From the NCBI GenBank assembly GCA_965248355.1, contig OZ252098.1, forward strand, positions 5,056,001 through 5,120,000: a stretch of 64,000 bases of DNA, read 5' to 3'. The translations under genes and the position numbers were made by a program. Source of the stretch: Candidatus Latescibacterota bacterium. GTDB taxonomy: Bacteria > Latescibacterota > UBA2968 > UBA8231. Below the pieces are notes generated by a model. It was given only the letters and a program-made list of their open reading frames with translations. It was not told the DNA's origin and did not search any database. Shown here piece after piece: positions 23,865-36,092 of this stretch (position 1 is its first letter; the number at the start of each line of letters is the position of its first letter).

Positions 23865-24812
23865 TCACTCGATGGCGAACTCGAAGGTCCGCGAGCTGTA
23901 CCCGGCGAAGATCCCGTACCCGTTCTCGACGTTGCCGTACACGTTCAGCGGCTCGGCGAATGGATTCTCCCGGGTCTCGTCGTGGAGCCGGGCCGTCTTG
24001 AGATACTCGTAGTAGGTCTCGCTGATGTACAGGACCTGGAGGTAGGCCGTGAAACCGGCATGTTCCAGGTCGTCTTGCCACTCCTCCTCCTCCTCCTCCC
24101 GAATGATCGTCCCCACTCGCTCTACCCAGTCTCCGGTGTAGGTCAGCTCGATCTCGTGGGTCCGGCCGTCGAAGAGGGTGTCCCTGAAGTACGGCGCCTC
24201 GCCTTCGAAGGTCCCCTCTTCGAATGGAGACTCGTCGACGCTGTTGTCCCCCATGATCGAGGGGTCCCTCGTCGACAGGACTCCTTCCACCCTCGTCGCG
24301 CCTCTCCCCGTGAAGACCTGGTACAGGCTGATCTGGTAGTAGTTCGCCTCGCCGGGAGGATCCTGGATTTCCAGCTCGATCGACAAATCGCCGCGGGTCC
24401 CGGGCCGAAGGGAGGTCGGCACGGGCGCCGGCACGGTGTCGGTGGCCCGGATCGTCTCGAAGCCGGGGGCCGATACCTGAAGGGAGTAGGTCTCTCCTGC
24501 TTGCAGGCTGCTGTCTTCGAACACGTATACCCGGGCCGCCTCGTTGAACCTCAGCTCGCCCACGACCCGTTCGCCCGCCAGCAGTTCCACGGCGGCATCC
24601 GCCACCGCCCAGTCACCGTAGGACTCGAGAATCCCGGAAGAGCGGCCCACGTCAGCGCTCCAGCCGCCGTCGGAGGTGAACAGGGAGTGCACCACCAGCC
24701 GCGGGGTGTGCTCGGGCAGGTCGGGCTCGATCACCTGCTCGCAGGCGGACAGGGCGATCAGGAGCGGCAGGAGGCGCAGGGCGCCTTTCTTCGCGGGGGC
24801 CGTGGAGTTCAA
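23865..24812 (-). CDS. DUF4249-like lipoprotein
   Basis: Lipobox LSAC, 'DPPGEANYYQI', 'YGNVENGYGIFAG'; follows a TBDR. Confidence 0.85.
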   Translation of the reverse strand: MNSTAPAKKGALRLLPLLIALSACEQVIEPDLPEHTPRLVVHSLFTSDGGWSADVGRSSGILESYGDWAVADAAVELLAGERVVGELRFNEAARVYVFEDSSLQAGETYSLQVSAPGFETIRATDTVPAPVPTSLRPGTRGDLSIELEIQDPPGEANYYQISLYQVFTGRGATRVEGVLSTRDPSIMGDNSVDESPFEEGTFEGEAPYFRDTLFDGRTHEIELTYTGDWVERVGTIIREEEEEEWQDDLEHAGFTAYLQVLYISETYYEYLKTARLHDETRENPFAEPLNVYGNVENGYGIFAGYSSRTFEFAIE

Positions 24813-27219
24813 AACTTGAACCGGTAGTTGATCCAGGGAAGAAGAGGGAAGAGGCTCACCTGCTTGGCGCGGAACCGTCGGGTGCCGGTGCTGTTGTTGT
24901 AGCGGTCCTCGAAGTAGATGAAGAACGGGTTCTTGCGGTTGTACGCGTTGTACACCCCGAGGCTGAACCCGTGCCGGCCGCCCTGTCCGTAGCCGCCGAG
25001 GTTGAGGCTGAGATCGAGGTGGTGGAAGGCGGACATGCGGTAGCCGTTGCGCTCTCCGTAGACCACGGTCTCACGGGGCAGGTAGGGTCGGGGCAACCGG
25101 ATGGAACCGGGACCGATAGCGTCGCTGTAGTAGCGGGCCAGGGGGAGAGTCACGGCATTGCCGGTCCCGTAGACCCAGGTGACGGAGAGGGAGAGGGACC
25201 TCGACATCTGGTGGGAGAGGACGAGGGCGGCGTCGTGGCGGCGGTCGTAGCGGTAGGGGAAGGACCGCCCTTCGTTCAGCCCCTCGAAGCGCCGCCGCGT
25301 CCAGGAGAGGGTGTAGCCGGCCCAGCCGGTGGTGCGGCCGCGCTTCTTCTGCAGGAACAGCTCGGCGCCGTACGACCAGCCCCGGCCCGTCTCGACCTTG
25401 TCCTGCCAGTCCTCGCTCTCGCCGAAGCCCACGAGGAAGCTCGCCCCCTCCCGGTACTCGATCAGCTCGTCCATGGTCTTGTAGTACCCCTCGACACTGA
25501 ACTCGTACTGCTCCTTCAGTTGGCGGGCCAGGCCGACGCCGACCTGCTCCGACCGCTGGGGGCGCACGCGCTCGGTGGCCGGCAGCCACAGGTCGGTGGG
25601 CAGACCGACGGTGCTGTTGGAGAGCAGGTGGATGTACTGGCGCATCCGGGCGTAGGAGGCCTTCACGGCCCAGTCCGAGGGCAGCAGGTAGCGCAGCGAG
25701 ACCCGCGGCTGCAGCGAGGTGTACATCTCGCCATCGACGAGGAAGCCGGAGGTGTGCAGCCCGAGGTTGGCCTTCAGGCGGTCGGTGAGGTGCACGTCGT
25801 CCTCGGCGTAGAGGCTGTACTCCATGGCGTCCGTGACCTTGGCGGTCAGGGTCGTGTCCTCGGGGGTGCCGTCGAGAGGATTGAACTTGATCTGCGCCGC
25901 CCCGGGCCGATAGGTGTGCAGGGTGCCGCTCCCCCCGACGCGGATGTAGTGGGCGGGGTCGGGGATGTAGTCCAGGTCGAGCTTCAGGCCCCAGTCGCGG
26001 ATGCCGGACAGGTAGCGCAGCCGCAGGGTCTCCGACTCCCGCAGTCCGCCGGTGATCACCGTGGAGCGGTCGTCGACGTTGGTCGTGAGCTGGTAGCGGC
26101 TGTAGATGGCGGTGAGGTTGCCGAAGAGGCGGTTGCCGAACAGGTAGTTCCAGCGCAGGGTGGAGGTGACGTTGCCCCATCCGAAGTTGGCGGCGGTGGC
26201 GTTCTCCTCGCGGTACCTGCCGCTGCCGTACTCGTCCTCGAACTCGCTCCAGAAGCGGTCGTCGCCGCCGTACCAGCTCAGGTAGACGCGGCTGCGGGGC
26301 GAGAAGATGTGGTTGACCTTGGCGTTGACGTCGTAGAAGTGGTAGCCCCCCTTCTCGTCGCGGGGGGCGAAGGGGCGGATCAGCAGGTCGAAGTAGGTGC
26401 GCCGCCCCGAGAGGATGAAGGAGGTGCGGTCCTTGCGCAGCGGCCCCTGCACGGTGAGCTGGGAGGCGATGAGCCCCACCGAGCCCTCGGCCTCGAACTC
26501 CTTCATGTTGCCGTCCTTCATGTCGATCTCCAGCACCGACGAGAGGCGGCCGCCGTAACGGGCCGGGAAGCCGGCCTTGGTGAGCTGCACGTTCTTGACG
26601 GCGTTGGCGTTGAAGACCGAGAAGAACCCGAAGAGGTGGGAGACGTTGTAGACCGGGGCGTCGTCGAGGAGGATCAGGTTCTGGTCGGGGCTGCCGCCGC
26701 GCACGTAGAGGCCGCTCATGCCCTCGGCCCCGGACTGCACGCCGGGCAGCAGCTGCAGGGTCTTGAGCACGTCCACCTCGCCCATGAGGACGGGAGCGCT
26801 CTTGATCTGCCGCACCGGCACCTGCACCACGCTCATGCGGCTCTCCTGCTGGATCGGATCGAGCCGCTCCGCCCTGACCTCGACGGTCTCCATCTCCAGG
26901 GGCTCCGGCTCGAGGGCGATGTTGAGCTGCAGGTCCTGCTCGAGCCGGGTGGCGAGGGTATCGCTCTGGTAGCCGATGTGGGAGACCACCACCCGCAGCG
27001 CGCCGGCGGGCAGGGTGAGGCTGAAGAACCCGTAGCGGTTGGTGGTGGTGCCCTGCCGCAGGTCCGGCTCGTGCAGGACGGCTCCGATCAGCTTCTCGCC
27101 GCTGGACGCGTCCTCCACGTAGCCGCTGAGGGTGTGCTTGTCGCCGTCCTGGGCCCGGGCGCCGCCGGCGAGCCCGAGCAGGAGCAGTCCCGCCGCGAGC
27201 GGACCCGTCCGTCCGCCAT
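24809..27219 (-). CDS. TonB-dependent receptor with CarboxypepD_reg-like N-domain; apparent indel in signal-peptide region
   Basis: SGYVED..GEKLIGA, GEVDVLKTLQLLPGV, VRGGSPDQNL, GFPARYGGRLSS, ends YRFKF; ATG 27219 is out of frame with the body. Confidence 0.9.
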
Positions 27220-27234
27220 GCCGCCGGGCCGGCC

Positions 27235-28704
27235 TCAAGCCACGGTCCACGAGTAGAGGTGGGCGTTCTCGAGAGTGAACCGCAGGCGCACCGGCCTGCC
27301 CTGCAGGCTCGCCGGAGAGGCGCCGCCGGGCCACTCCACCTTCAGGTCCACGCCGTCTGCGGAGACCGGCGCCGACCGCGGCACCTGGGGCACCGGGTTC
27401 CCCCCTTCGTCCAGGACCTCCACGGTGACCGCGCCCCACCGGGCCCTGGCGTTGACCCGCAGCTCGCCCCGGGGCAGGACCATCGGCCGGGTGAGCACGG
27501 TGCCGCCGTCGTACCCGGCCAGCAGGCTGCACCAGCCGTCGAGCCGGATCGTGGCCAGTCCGATCCTCGCGTAGTGGGGACCGCTGTCGCCGCGCGGGAT
27601 CTCCGGTCTCCATTCGGGGCAGCGGAGGTACTCGCGGTGGCGGAAGGAGCGCCCGCAGTAGTAGACCCACAGCTCGTCGCCCACCCGCAGGGGCGCCGTG
27701 GCCGTGCACTGGTTGAAGCGGTCCCAGTCCCCCACGTCGCCCCCGGGCAGCACGACGTGGTCCTCGCGGGTCCAGCGCACGCCGTCGCGCGAGTGGGCGA
27801 TCGCCATGTCGATATAGGCGAGGTGGGGCAGGGAGTGGTGCATCTGCGCCAGGGCGATCCACTGGCCGCCGGCGGGGAAGGCGGAACAGCCGTAGATCTC
27901 GGTGCCGGCGGGATCCTCTTCGGTGGCGTGCAGGACCTGGGGCCACTCGGTCGACCAGCTCTCGAAGTCGGCGCTCGTCCCCCGTCCGACGGCGCGGCCG
28001 GCATAGTTGGGACCCCCCCGGGCCACCAGCTCCGGCGGCGTGTGGCGGCTGCGGGCGTACTGCGTGAACCGCCCGCGGAAGGGGTCCCAGGTGAAGCAGC
28101 CGCGGTCCGGGTAGCTGGGCATGGCGGGCTTGAAGGCGCCCTGGAAGGTCCAGCGCCAGCCGTCGGGGGAGGTGCCGCGGACGAAGTGCTTGCCCTCCAG
28201 ACCCTCCAGGGGCTCGTCGATCTCCACCGCGCCGCGGGTGTCGGCGGAGACGATCAGCTTGTAGCGCTCCTCGGCGGGCGCCCCCGGGCGGGGATCCCGG
28301 ACGACGCCGGAGAAGTCGATGAGGCGCCACCCCGGCGGGGCGAAGACGACGTTGCCCGGCAGCCCGCGGCCGGCGGGCAGGACTCCCAGGTCCGGCTTCT
28401 CCCAGCTCAGGCCGTCGCGGCTGCGCGCGTAGGCGACCCAGCGGACCTTCTCGGAGCGGGCGTAGTACCACATGCGGAAGAGGGGGTCGCCGCCCCCGGG
28501 CTCCGGCTCCCGCAGCACCGTCCCCGACAGATAGATCTGTGCCTCGCCGCCGGACCGGGCGAAGAGGGGGTTGGCCTCATGCTTGCGCAGCCGGTGCCAC
28601 CGGCGGGTCACGTTGTTCCGCTCGGCGATGCCCTCGTCGTCGAGGAACAGCTGGGACTGGCCGCGCTCGACGGCGAGGGGCGTCCTCTCCACGGTTGTCG
28701 TCAT
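27235..28704 (-). CDS. Beta-propeller glycoside-hydrolase-like protein
   Basis: QLFLDD, repeated SxDGxxW Asp-box-like motifs, 'IGLATIRLDGW', 'LRFTLENAHLYSW'. Confidence 0.65.
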   Translation of the reverse strand: MTTTVERTPLAVERGQSQLFLDDEGIAERNNVTRRWHRLRKHEANPLFARSGGEAQIYLSGTVLREPEPGGGDPLFRMWYYARSEKVRWVAYARSRDGLSWEKPDLGVLPAGRGLPGNVVFAPPGWRLIDFSGVVRDPRPGAPAEERYKLIVSADTRGAVEIDEPLEGLEGKHFVRGTSPDGWRWTFQGAFKPAMPSYPDRGCFTWDPFRGRFTQYARSRHTPPELVARGGPNYAGRAVGRGTSADFESWSTEWPQVLHATEEDPAGTEIYGCSAFPAGGQWIALAQMHHSLPHLAYIDMAIAHSRDGVRWTREDHVVLPGGDVGDWDRFNQCTATAPLRVGDELWVYYCGRSFRHREYLRCPEWRPEIPRGDSGPHYARIGLATIRLDGWCSLLAGYDGGTVLTRPMVLPRGELRVNARARWGAVTVEVLDEGGNPVPQVPRSAPVSADGVDLKVEWPGGASPASLQGRPVRLRFTLENAHLYSWTVA

Positions 28705-29816
28705 CGGCAGGACTCGGGCAGGTGGGCCTCGAAGAAGCGCCGCCAGTTGCCGTACAGGACCGCGGCGATGTCGTCCTCCGCGTACCCGCGCCCCTCCAGG
28801 ACGGCGCCCACCTTCTGGTAGTCGGCCACCGTGTCGATCTCCCAGGGCGCGCCCTCGCGGCCTGCCTGGCCGTCGGTGTCGCCGCCGATGCCGGCGTGGC
28901 GGGCGTTGCCGGCCAGCTGGCAGATGTGGTCGATGTGGTCGGCCAGGTCCTGCAGGGTGACCTCGCGGCGCTCGAAGACCTGGCGGCGGGGCGGGATGTT
29001 CGCCCAGTCGACGCCGGGCTTGTAGAGCATCCAGGTGTCCATGGAGACGCCGATGACGCCGCCGCGGTCGATGATGGCCTGCAGCTGATCGTCGGGGAAC
29101 TGGCGCTCCCCCGGGACCAGGGCCCGGCAGTTCTGATGGGTGGCGACGATGGGGCCGGGGAAAAGTTCCAGGGCCTGGCGCACGGAGGCGTCGGAGGCGT
29201 GGGTCAGGTCGAGGACGAAGCCGAGCCGGTCCATGGCCTCCAGCAGCTCCCGCGCCGGGGGCAGCAGGCCCTTCTCCGTGCCCGTGCCGGTGCCGTGGCA
29301 ATAGGCGCTGGGGCCGTAGTGGGAGAGGCTGATCACCCGCAGGCCGTCGGCCCACCAGTCCTCGAGCTGGCCGGGCCAGAGCACGGGGTCGGCCCCCTCC
29401 AGGCCGAGGACGAGTCCCACGGGCAGGCCGCCGGCGGGAGCGGTCCGCCAGTCGGCGGTGTGGGCCCGCAGGTCGCCGGCGGTGCGCAGGATGCGGACCT
29501 CGCCCCGCTGTTCGAGTATGCGGTAGTAGGCCATGTGGGCCCGGGCCGCGGCGCAGGCGTTCTCGGCGCTGCGGTATCCCCAGATGATCTCCGAGCGCTG
29601 CACCCGGCCCACGGCCTTGACCAGGGCCGCGGCGATGCGTCCGCGGCGCATCTCGGGCAGGCTGGCCATGGTATCGGCGTCTGGCCAGCGGGAGTTGGCC
29701 CGCAGGCGGGGCTCGGCGGCGCGGACCTCCTCGATGGGGCGGGTCAGGTCGCGGTCGAGGTCGAGGGCCCCGTAGGCCATGGGGTAGTCGCCGTCGAAGA
29801 TGAGCCGTGGAGGCAT
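28701..29816 (-). CDS. Membrane dipeptidase (M19)-like protein with altered N-terminal metal motif
   Basis: LEGADP, DLTH, THQNCRAL, DHIDH, GGDTDG; DGDYP in place of DxHLD. Confidence 0.8.
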   Translation of the reverse strand: MPPRLIFDGDYPMAYGALDLDRDLTRPIEEVRAAEPRLRANSRWPDADTMASLPEMRRGRIAAALVKAVGRVQRSEIIWGYRSAENACAAARAHMAYYRILEQRGEVRILRTAGDLRAHTADWRTAPAGGLPVGLVLGLEGADPVLWPGQLEDWWADGLRVISLSHYGPSAYCHGTGTGTEKGLLPPARELLEAMDRLGFVLDLTHASDASVRQALELFPGPIVATHQNCRALVPGERQFPDDQLQAIIDRGGVIGVSMDTWMLYKPGVDWANIPPRRQVFERREVTLQDLADHIDHICQLAGNARHAGIGGDTDGQAGREGAPWEIDTVADYQKVGAVLEGRGYAEDDIAAVLYGNWRRFFEAHLPESCR

Positions 29817-29826
29817 GCGGTTCCCG

Positions 29827-31288
29827 TCAGATGTCGTCGAGGGGATAGACCTTGCGCCCCAGGTTGCGGTAGGTGAGCCCCTCGGGGCTGTGCACGCAGG
29901 GCTCGGAGACCACGTGGATCCGGCCGGCCCAGGGCTCGAAGCCGGCGCGGAAGTGGGCCGCCGACTTGACGCCCACGTAGCGCATGCGGCGCGGGTCCAG
30001 CCCCATGGTCAGGGAGAAGGCCACGCCGTAGGGCTGCTCCCGCCGGGTCACCAGCAGGACGTGGACGCCCTCCTGGCGGATGTGGGCCGAGGGGCCCATG
30101 GTGCCCGCCAGCCCCCGGTTGCGCGGCCCTTCGTAGCGGAAGCCCCCGTCGCCGAGGGAGACGACCTCGGCGTCCATGGTCACCGGCCGGCCCTGGCCGG
30201 GAGTCGACCAGGCGCCCCACCTCCAGGCGCAGGCGGGCCCCGGCGCCGGCCCGCTGGCAGAGGTCCACGGCCTCGGGGTCGACGATGTAGAGGATGCAGG
30301 CCGGGTCCAGCCTCCGCTCCAGGAAGGTCCGCAGCATGCCGGTGCTGTCCCCGGGGGCGCCGCCGCCGGTGTTGTCGTTGCGGTCCGCCAGGACCACGGG
30401 ATAACGCCCGGCCTCCTCGGCCTCCTTCAGCGCCTCGGCGGACGAGGGCATGGGGGTCTGCCAGTCGGCCCGGCGCTCCCAGAGCCAGGCGGCCAGCTCG
30501 TCGGCGCAGCCCTGGGCCAGGGCCGCGTCGCCGTCGGCCGCCACGTAGACCGAGGCGCCCATGTGGGGGATGTCGGCCAGGGGGAAGCAGGTGGCGATGG
30601 AGCCGCAGATCACGCCGGGGCGCGCCTCGATGCGGTGCAGATACTCGATGGCCTGGCGCATGGGCGGGTGGGCGGTGACCTGGTTCATCCCCCACATCAG
30701 GGGGATCCGGCTCAGGGCCATGACCGGCCGCAGGCCGTGCTCGAGGATTCGGTGCATGACCTGGGCGCACTCCCGGCCCCGCTCCTCCTGGTCGATCTCC
30801 GGGTAGGTCTCGTGGCCGATGAGCACGTCGCCGAACTCGATCATGGCCGGCGAGACGTTGGAGTGGATGTCGAACTGGGCGACGACCGGCGCCCCGCCCA
30901 CCACCTGGCGCACGGCGGCGAGGATATGCCCCTCGCCGTCGTCGATGCCCTCGGCCACCATGGCGCCGTGGAGGTCGAGGAGGACGCCGTCCACCGGCCC
31001 GGCCGCCTCCAGGCGTCCGAGCATGTCGCCGAGGATCTCGTCGAAGACGTCGCGGGGGACGGGCGCGCTGGGCATGGCCGCGGCGTAGATGGTGGGGATC
31101 AGCTCGCAGCCGTGCTCCCGGCACCCGGCCAGGAAGCCGCCGACGGCGGAGTTGGTGCCGTCGAAGCGCTCGAGCACCTCCGCCCCCCGCAGGTAGCCGA
31201 AGCGCTGCTTGCGGAAGCTGTCGCGGGTGGTCTCGACGGTGGTGAAGGTGCTCGACTCGTGAATGAAGGAGCCGGTGGCGATGCGCAT
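29827..31288 (-). CDS. M81 metallopeptidase (MlrC family), frameshift near 30210
   Basis: HESSTF, LDLHGAM, DIHSN, YPEID, DRNDNTGGGAPGD; C-terminal VKSAAHFRAGF in the second frame. Confidence 0.88.
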
Positions 31289-31326
31289 GAAGTCTCCTGC
31301 CGGGGCGATATCTCGCCCCGGGCAAG

Positions 31327-32307
31327 CTAGACCTCCGACCCCAGGAACTGCCGCACGTACTCGCCCCTCGGGGCCAGCTGGGTGGTGACCCCGATCACGT
31401 CGGGCACCTGCTCCATGATCCTATCGCGGATCTGGTTCACCACGGCGTACCCTTCCGCCACCGTGAGATCCGGGTCGGTCTCCGCCGTCAACTCCACATG
31501 GAGGACACCACCCATGGAGCGTATGCGGATGTCATGAGTGAAGGTCACCTCCTTCACCTTTTCCGCCATCTCCTCCACCAGGGCGATCGTCTCCAGTGAG
31601 GGCGCGAAGTCGATCAACTCCTTGACGGCGTTGCTGCCCACCTCCCAGGCGCCGTGCAGGATGAGGCTGGCGATGATGACCGTGGTGATCTGATCGACGA
31701 GCTCGAGGGCGGGGAAGAAGGTGGAGATCAAGAGGCTCACGAGGACCGCCAGGGAGCCGACGGAATCAGCCCGGTGGTGCCACGCCTTGGCCACCAGCAT
31801 GGGGCTGTTCAGCCGCACGCCCTTTCGCCGGGTCACGCGGAAGAGTGTTTCCTTGGCCGCCACGGAAACGATGATGGCCCCGGCGATCAGAAGGAAGAAG
31901 TGATCCGCGTCCTCGCCGTGGTCGCCGTGGTCGTCGTGGTCCGCCGCATCCGCCGACACCTCGTGACCGTGGTAGCCCATGGCATCCATGACCAGCTCCA
32001 CACTCACGTAGGCGATGAGGAAGGCGGCGGCGAGGGAGAGGAGGGTTTCGATCCGGCGGCGGCCGTAGTGGAACCTCAGGTCCTGCCCCTGCCGGGACTG
32101 GGCTCCCAGCAGCACGGCGACCCAGGCGACGACGTCGGATACGATGTCGGAGAGCGCGTGGACGCCTGAAGCCGTCATCGGGAGGTATCCGGTAAAGCTT
32201 CCAACAAGGATCTTGCCGGTCCCCAGTACGCCGTTGGTGAGACCTCCAGCCAGAATGATGGCCGTGGCTTCCCGGAGTCTCTCTTTCTCCAGTGGTTCCG
32301 CATCCAT
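31327..32307 (-). CDS. Cation diffusion facilitator family transporter
   Basis: HALSD and HHRAD metal sites, YG..RIE, His/Asp loop, C-terminal dimerisation domain. Confidence 0.9.
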   Translation of the reverse strand: MDAEPLEKERLREATAIILAGGLTNGVLGTGKILVGSFTGYLPMTASGVHALSDIVSDVVAWVAVLLGAQSRQGQDLRFHYGRRRIETLLSLAAAFLIAYVSVELVMDAMGYHGHEVSADAADHDDHGDHGEDADHFFLLIAGAIIVSVAAKETLFRVTRRKGVRLNSPMLVAKAWHHRADSVGSLAVLVSLLISTFFPALELVDQITTVIIASLILHGAWEVGSNAVKELIDFAPSLETIALVEEMAEKVKEVTFTHDIRIRSMGGVLHVELTAETDPDLTVAEGYAVVNQIRDRIMEQVPDVIGVTTQLAPRGEYVRQFLGSEV

Positions 32308-32523
32308 GTCCCGTCTCCCCTGAAGCGCTCTGAGCGCCGCGGTACAGCCGCGGTAATATATGCAATTCCACCGCCGCGCCGTGGGCGGGTTTCCGTCATG
32401 GCCGGGATCGTCCGGCGGTTCGATCCGGCCCCGGGAGGCGGGCTCCGGAGGGCCCTTCCGCCCCTTGTGGAAGGGGCGCCGCCGGCGGGGCGGGATGCCT
32501 TGTCGCGGCTCCGTGGCTTGTTG

Positions 32524-32552
32524 TTGACTTGCCGGTGACGCTGCCGTACCAT
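32524..32552 (+). promoter_or_regulatory. sigma70-type promoter for the ZIP gene
   Basis: TTGACT-17 bp-TACCAT. Confidence 0.6.
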
Positions 32553-32620
32553 CGCCCTCTTCTACCCCCAGGGTCCCCCTGGGGACTCTCGCCTCGGCCC
32601 TGACCCTGTTCTTCTGATCC

Positions 32621-33481
<861 letters not shown>

Positions 33482-33568
33482 CGGCGCGGTCAGGCCAGGA
33501 CGGCGTCCTTCCGCGCCGAATCCACGTCGAGTTGGTTGCAGCCGTCCCTTTTCCGGAATGGAGACCCC

Positions 33569-34624
33569 ATGCTGATCGTCGATTCACACCTCGATATCGC
33601 CTTCAACGCCCTGGAGTGGAACCGCGATCTGCTGCAGCCGATCGCGACGATCCGGGATTCCGAAGCCGGGATGGGCGGCAAAGGGCGAGGCGCCAACCTC
33701 GTCTGCTTCGACGAGCTGCGCCGCGGCGAGATCGGCCTCTTCGTGGTCACCTGCCACAGCCGCCTGGCGTCGGTGGGAAAGCGATTCGCCGGCGTGCGCA
33801 CCCAGGACATCGCCTACGCCAAGTGCCGCGGCGAGGCCGCCTACTACCGCCTGATGGAGGCGAAGGGGGTGCTGCGGCAGGTCCGCGACACCGCCGGCCT
33901 CGACGCCCACCTGCGGGAGTGGGAGCGGGACAGCGCCTCGGCGCCCCTCGGTTACGTGCTCTCCATGGAGGGGGCCGACGGCATCGTCAGCGAGGACCAG
34001 GTGGGGGAGTGGTGGGACGAGGGCCTGCGCATCGTCAGCCTCTGCCACTACGGCATCAGCGCCTACTCCCACGGCACCCAGGCCCCCGGCGGCCTGACCC
34101 CGAGGGGGGCGCCGATGCTGAGGGCGCTGGAGCAGGCCGGCATGATCCTCGACGTGAGCCACCTCGCGGAGCAGGCCTTCTGGGAGGCCCTCGACATCTT
34201 CGGCGGACCCGTCATCGCCACCCACAACTGCTGCCGCGCCCTGTGCGACCACGACCGCCAGCTCGACGACCGCCAGATCAAGGCCCTGGCCGAGCGCGGC
34301 GGCGTCATCGGCACCGCCTTCGACGACTGGATGCTCTCGCCTCTATGGGACCACGAGGCGGCCGACAACACCGGCATCACCCTGGGCACGGTGGTCGACC
34401 ACATCGACCACGTCTGCCAGGTGGCCGGCAACGCCCGTCACGCCGCCATCGGCACCGACCTCGACGGCGGCTACGGCAAGGAGCAGAGCCCCGCCGACAT
34501 GGAGACGATCGCCGACCTGCAGCGCATCCCTGGGTTGTTGGAGGAGCGGGGCTACGCGGAGACGGACATCGCCGGGATCATGCACGGCAACTGGATCCGG
34601 CTGTTGAGGGAGGCGTGGGGGTAG
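33569..34624 (+). CDS. Membrane dipeptidase (peptidase M19)
   Basis: VDSHLD, MEGAD, DVSH, THNCCRAL, DHIDH, GTDLDGG. Confidence 0.9.
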   Translation: MLIVDSHLDIAFNALEWNRDLLQPIATIRDSEAGMGGKGRGANLVCFDELRRGEIGLFVVTCHSRLASVGKRFAGVRTQDIAYAKCRGEAAYYRLMEAKGVLRQVRDTAGLDAHLREWERDSASAPLGYVLSMEGADGIVSEDQVGEWWDEGLRIVSLCHYGISAYSHGTQAPGGLTPRGAPMLRALEQAGMILDVSHLAEQAFWEALDIFGGPVIATHNCCRALCDHDRQLDDRQIKALAERGGVIGTAFDDWMLSPLWDHEAADNTGITLGTVVDHIDHVCQVAGNARHAAIGTDLDGGYGKEQSPADMETIADLQRIPGLLEERGYAETDIAGIMHGNWIRLLREAWG

Positions 34625-34635
34625 GGGACAGGATC

Positions 34636-36087
34636 ATGCGGCACCCTCGCCGGCACGGTCGCCCCTCCGTGGGCGCGGCACCCAATATCCTGTTCCTCAT
34701 GACCGACCAGATGCAGGGGCGGGTGCTCGATCCGGATCACCCCTGCCAGACGCCGAACTTCGACCGGCTCGCCGCCAGAGGGGTGCGCCTGCCCAGGGCC
34801 TACACCCCGAACGCGGTCTGCTCACCCGCCCGGGCCAGCCTGATGACCGGGCTCCTGCCCCACTCCCACGGCGTTCTCGAAGTGACGCACACCGTGGACG
34901 ACGACCAGTGCTGCCTGCGCACCGAGTTCCCCCACTGGGCGCAGCGGCTGGAGCAGGCCGGCTACCGCACCGCCTACTTCGGCAAGTGGCACGTGGAGCG
35001 CTCCGGCGACCTGGCGCGGTTCGGCTGGCAGGTGGCCGGCACGCAGGAGGCGGCCGGCGGCGCCCCCAAGGAGGACGGACGCTTCTTCCTGCAGAAGCGG
35101 AACGACCACCCGGAGGGTTACCGGAAGACCCTCCTCTACGGCGTGACGGAGGTCCCCCCGGAGAGACGGGGCGTGGGCATCACCACCGACCTGGGACTGG
35201 CTTTCCTCGAGGACGCCGCCAACGGCGAGGCGCCCTGGTGCTGCTTCGTCAGCATCACCGAGCCCCACGACCCCTTCGTGACCGGCCAGGAGGCCTTCGC
35301 CAGGTACGACGTGGAGAGCCTTCCCCTGCAGCCCAACGTCGGCAACGATCTCAGCGGCCAGCCGAACCTCTACCGCAAGGCCGGGGTCGCGTGGCGGGAC
35401 ATGGACGAACGCCAGAAGAGGGAGGCCGCCGCCTGCTACTACGCCTCCATCACCGAGATCGACACCCAGTACGGGCGCCTCCTCGACTTCCTCGAGACCT
35501 CGGGCCAGCTCGACGACACGATCGTCGTCCTCGCCAGCGACCACGGCGAGCTGCTCGGCTCCCACGGCCTCTACTGCAAGAACTTCACCGGCTTCGAGGA
35601 GGTCTACTCGATCCCCCTGGTGGTCGCCGGCCCCGGAGCGCTCCCCAGCGTCACCAGCCAGGCCCGCGTCGGCCTGCACGACCTGTGCCCGACCCTGCTG
35701 GAGCTGGCCGGCCTGGAGACCATCGGCGCGCCGGACTCACGCTCCTTCGCCAGCGCCCTGCAGGACCCCGAGGGCGGAGCCGGCGACTTCACCCGCGGCT
35801 TCGCCGAGTACCATGGGAGCCGATACCGCGTCACCCAGCGCATCGTCTGGGACGGACCCTGGAAGCTGTGCTGGAACGGCTTCGACTTCGACGAGCTCTA
35901 CAACCTGGACGACGACCCCTGGGAGATGTGCAACCTGATCGACCTCGACGGGCACGAGGAGGTGGTCCGAGGTCTGATGCGGTACGCATGGCAGGTGGTG
36001 CGGGACACGGGGGACCGGGCGCTGCTCAACTCGCACTACCCGATTTTGAGGCTGGGGCGGTACGGGCCGGGGATTCTGGGGGAGTGA
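34636..36087 (+). CDS. Sulfatase (formylglycine-dependent, Cys-type)
   Basis: PNILFLMTDQ, TPNFDRLA, CSPARASLMTG, GKWH, PHDP, SDHG, ELYNL..DPWEM. Confidence 0.93.
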   Translation: MRHPRRHGRPSVGAAPNILFLMTDQMQGRVLDPDHPCQTPNFDRLAARGVRLPRAYTPNAVCSPARASLMTGLLPHSHGVLEVTHTVDDDQCCLRTEFPHWAQRLEQAGYRTAYFGKWHVERSGDLARFGWQVAGTQEAAGGAPKEDGRFFLQKRNDHPEGYRKTLLYGVTEVPPERRGVGITTDLGLAFLEDAANGEAPWCCFVSITEPHDPFVTGQEAFARYDVESLPLQPNVGNDLSGQPNLYRKAGVAWRDMDERQKREAAACYYASITEIDTQYGRLLDFLETSGQLDDTIVVLASDHGELLGSHGLYCKNFTGFEEVYSIPLVVAGPGALPSVTSQARVGLHDLCPTLLELAGLETIGAPDSRSFASALQDPEGGAGDFTRGFAEYHGSRYRVTQRIVWDGPWKLCWNGFDFDELYNLDDDPWEMCNLIDLDGHEEVVRGLMRYAWQVVRDTGDRALLNSHYPILRLGRYGPGILGE

Positions 36088-36092
36088 GATAG

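Noticed and set aside
36074..36092. Possible att duplicate of the tmRNA 3' end (TCTGGGGGAG vs TCTGGTGGAG)
   Set aside because: Only 9/10 nt match, inside the sulfatase coding end; no integrase
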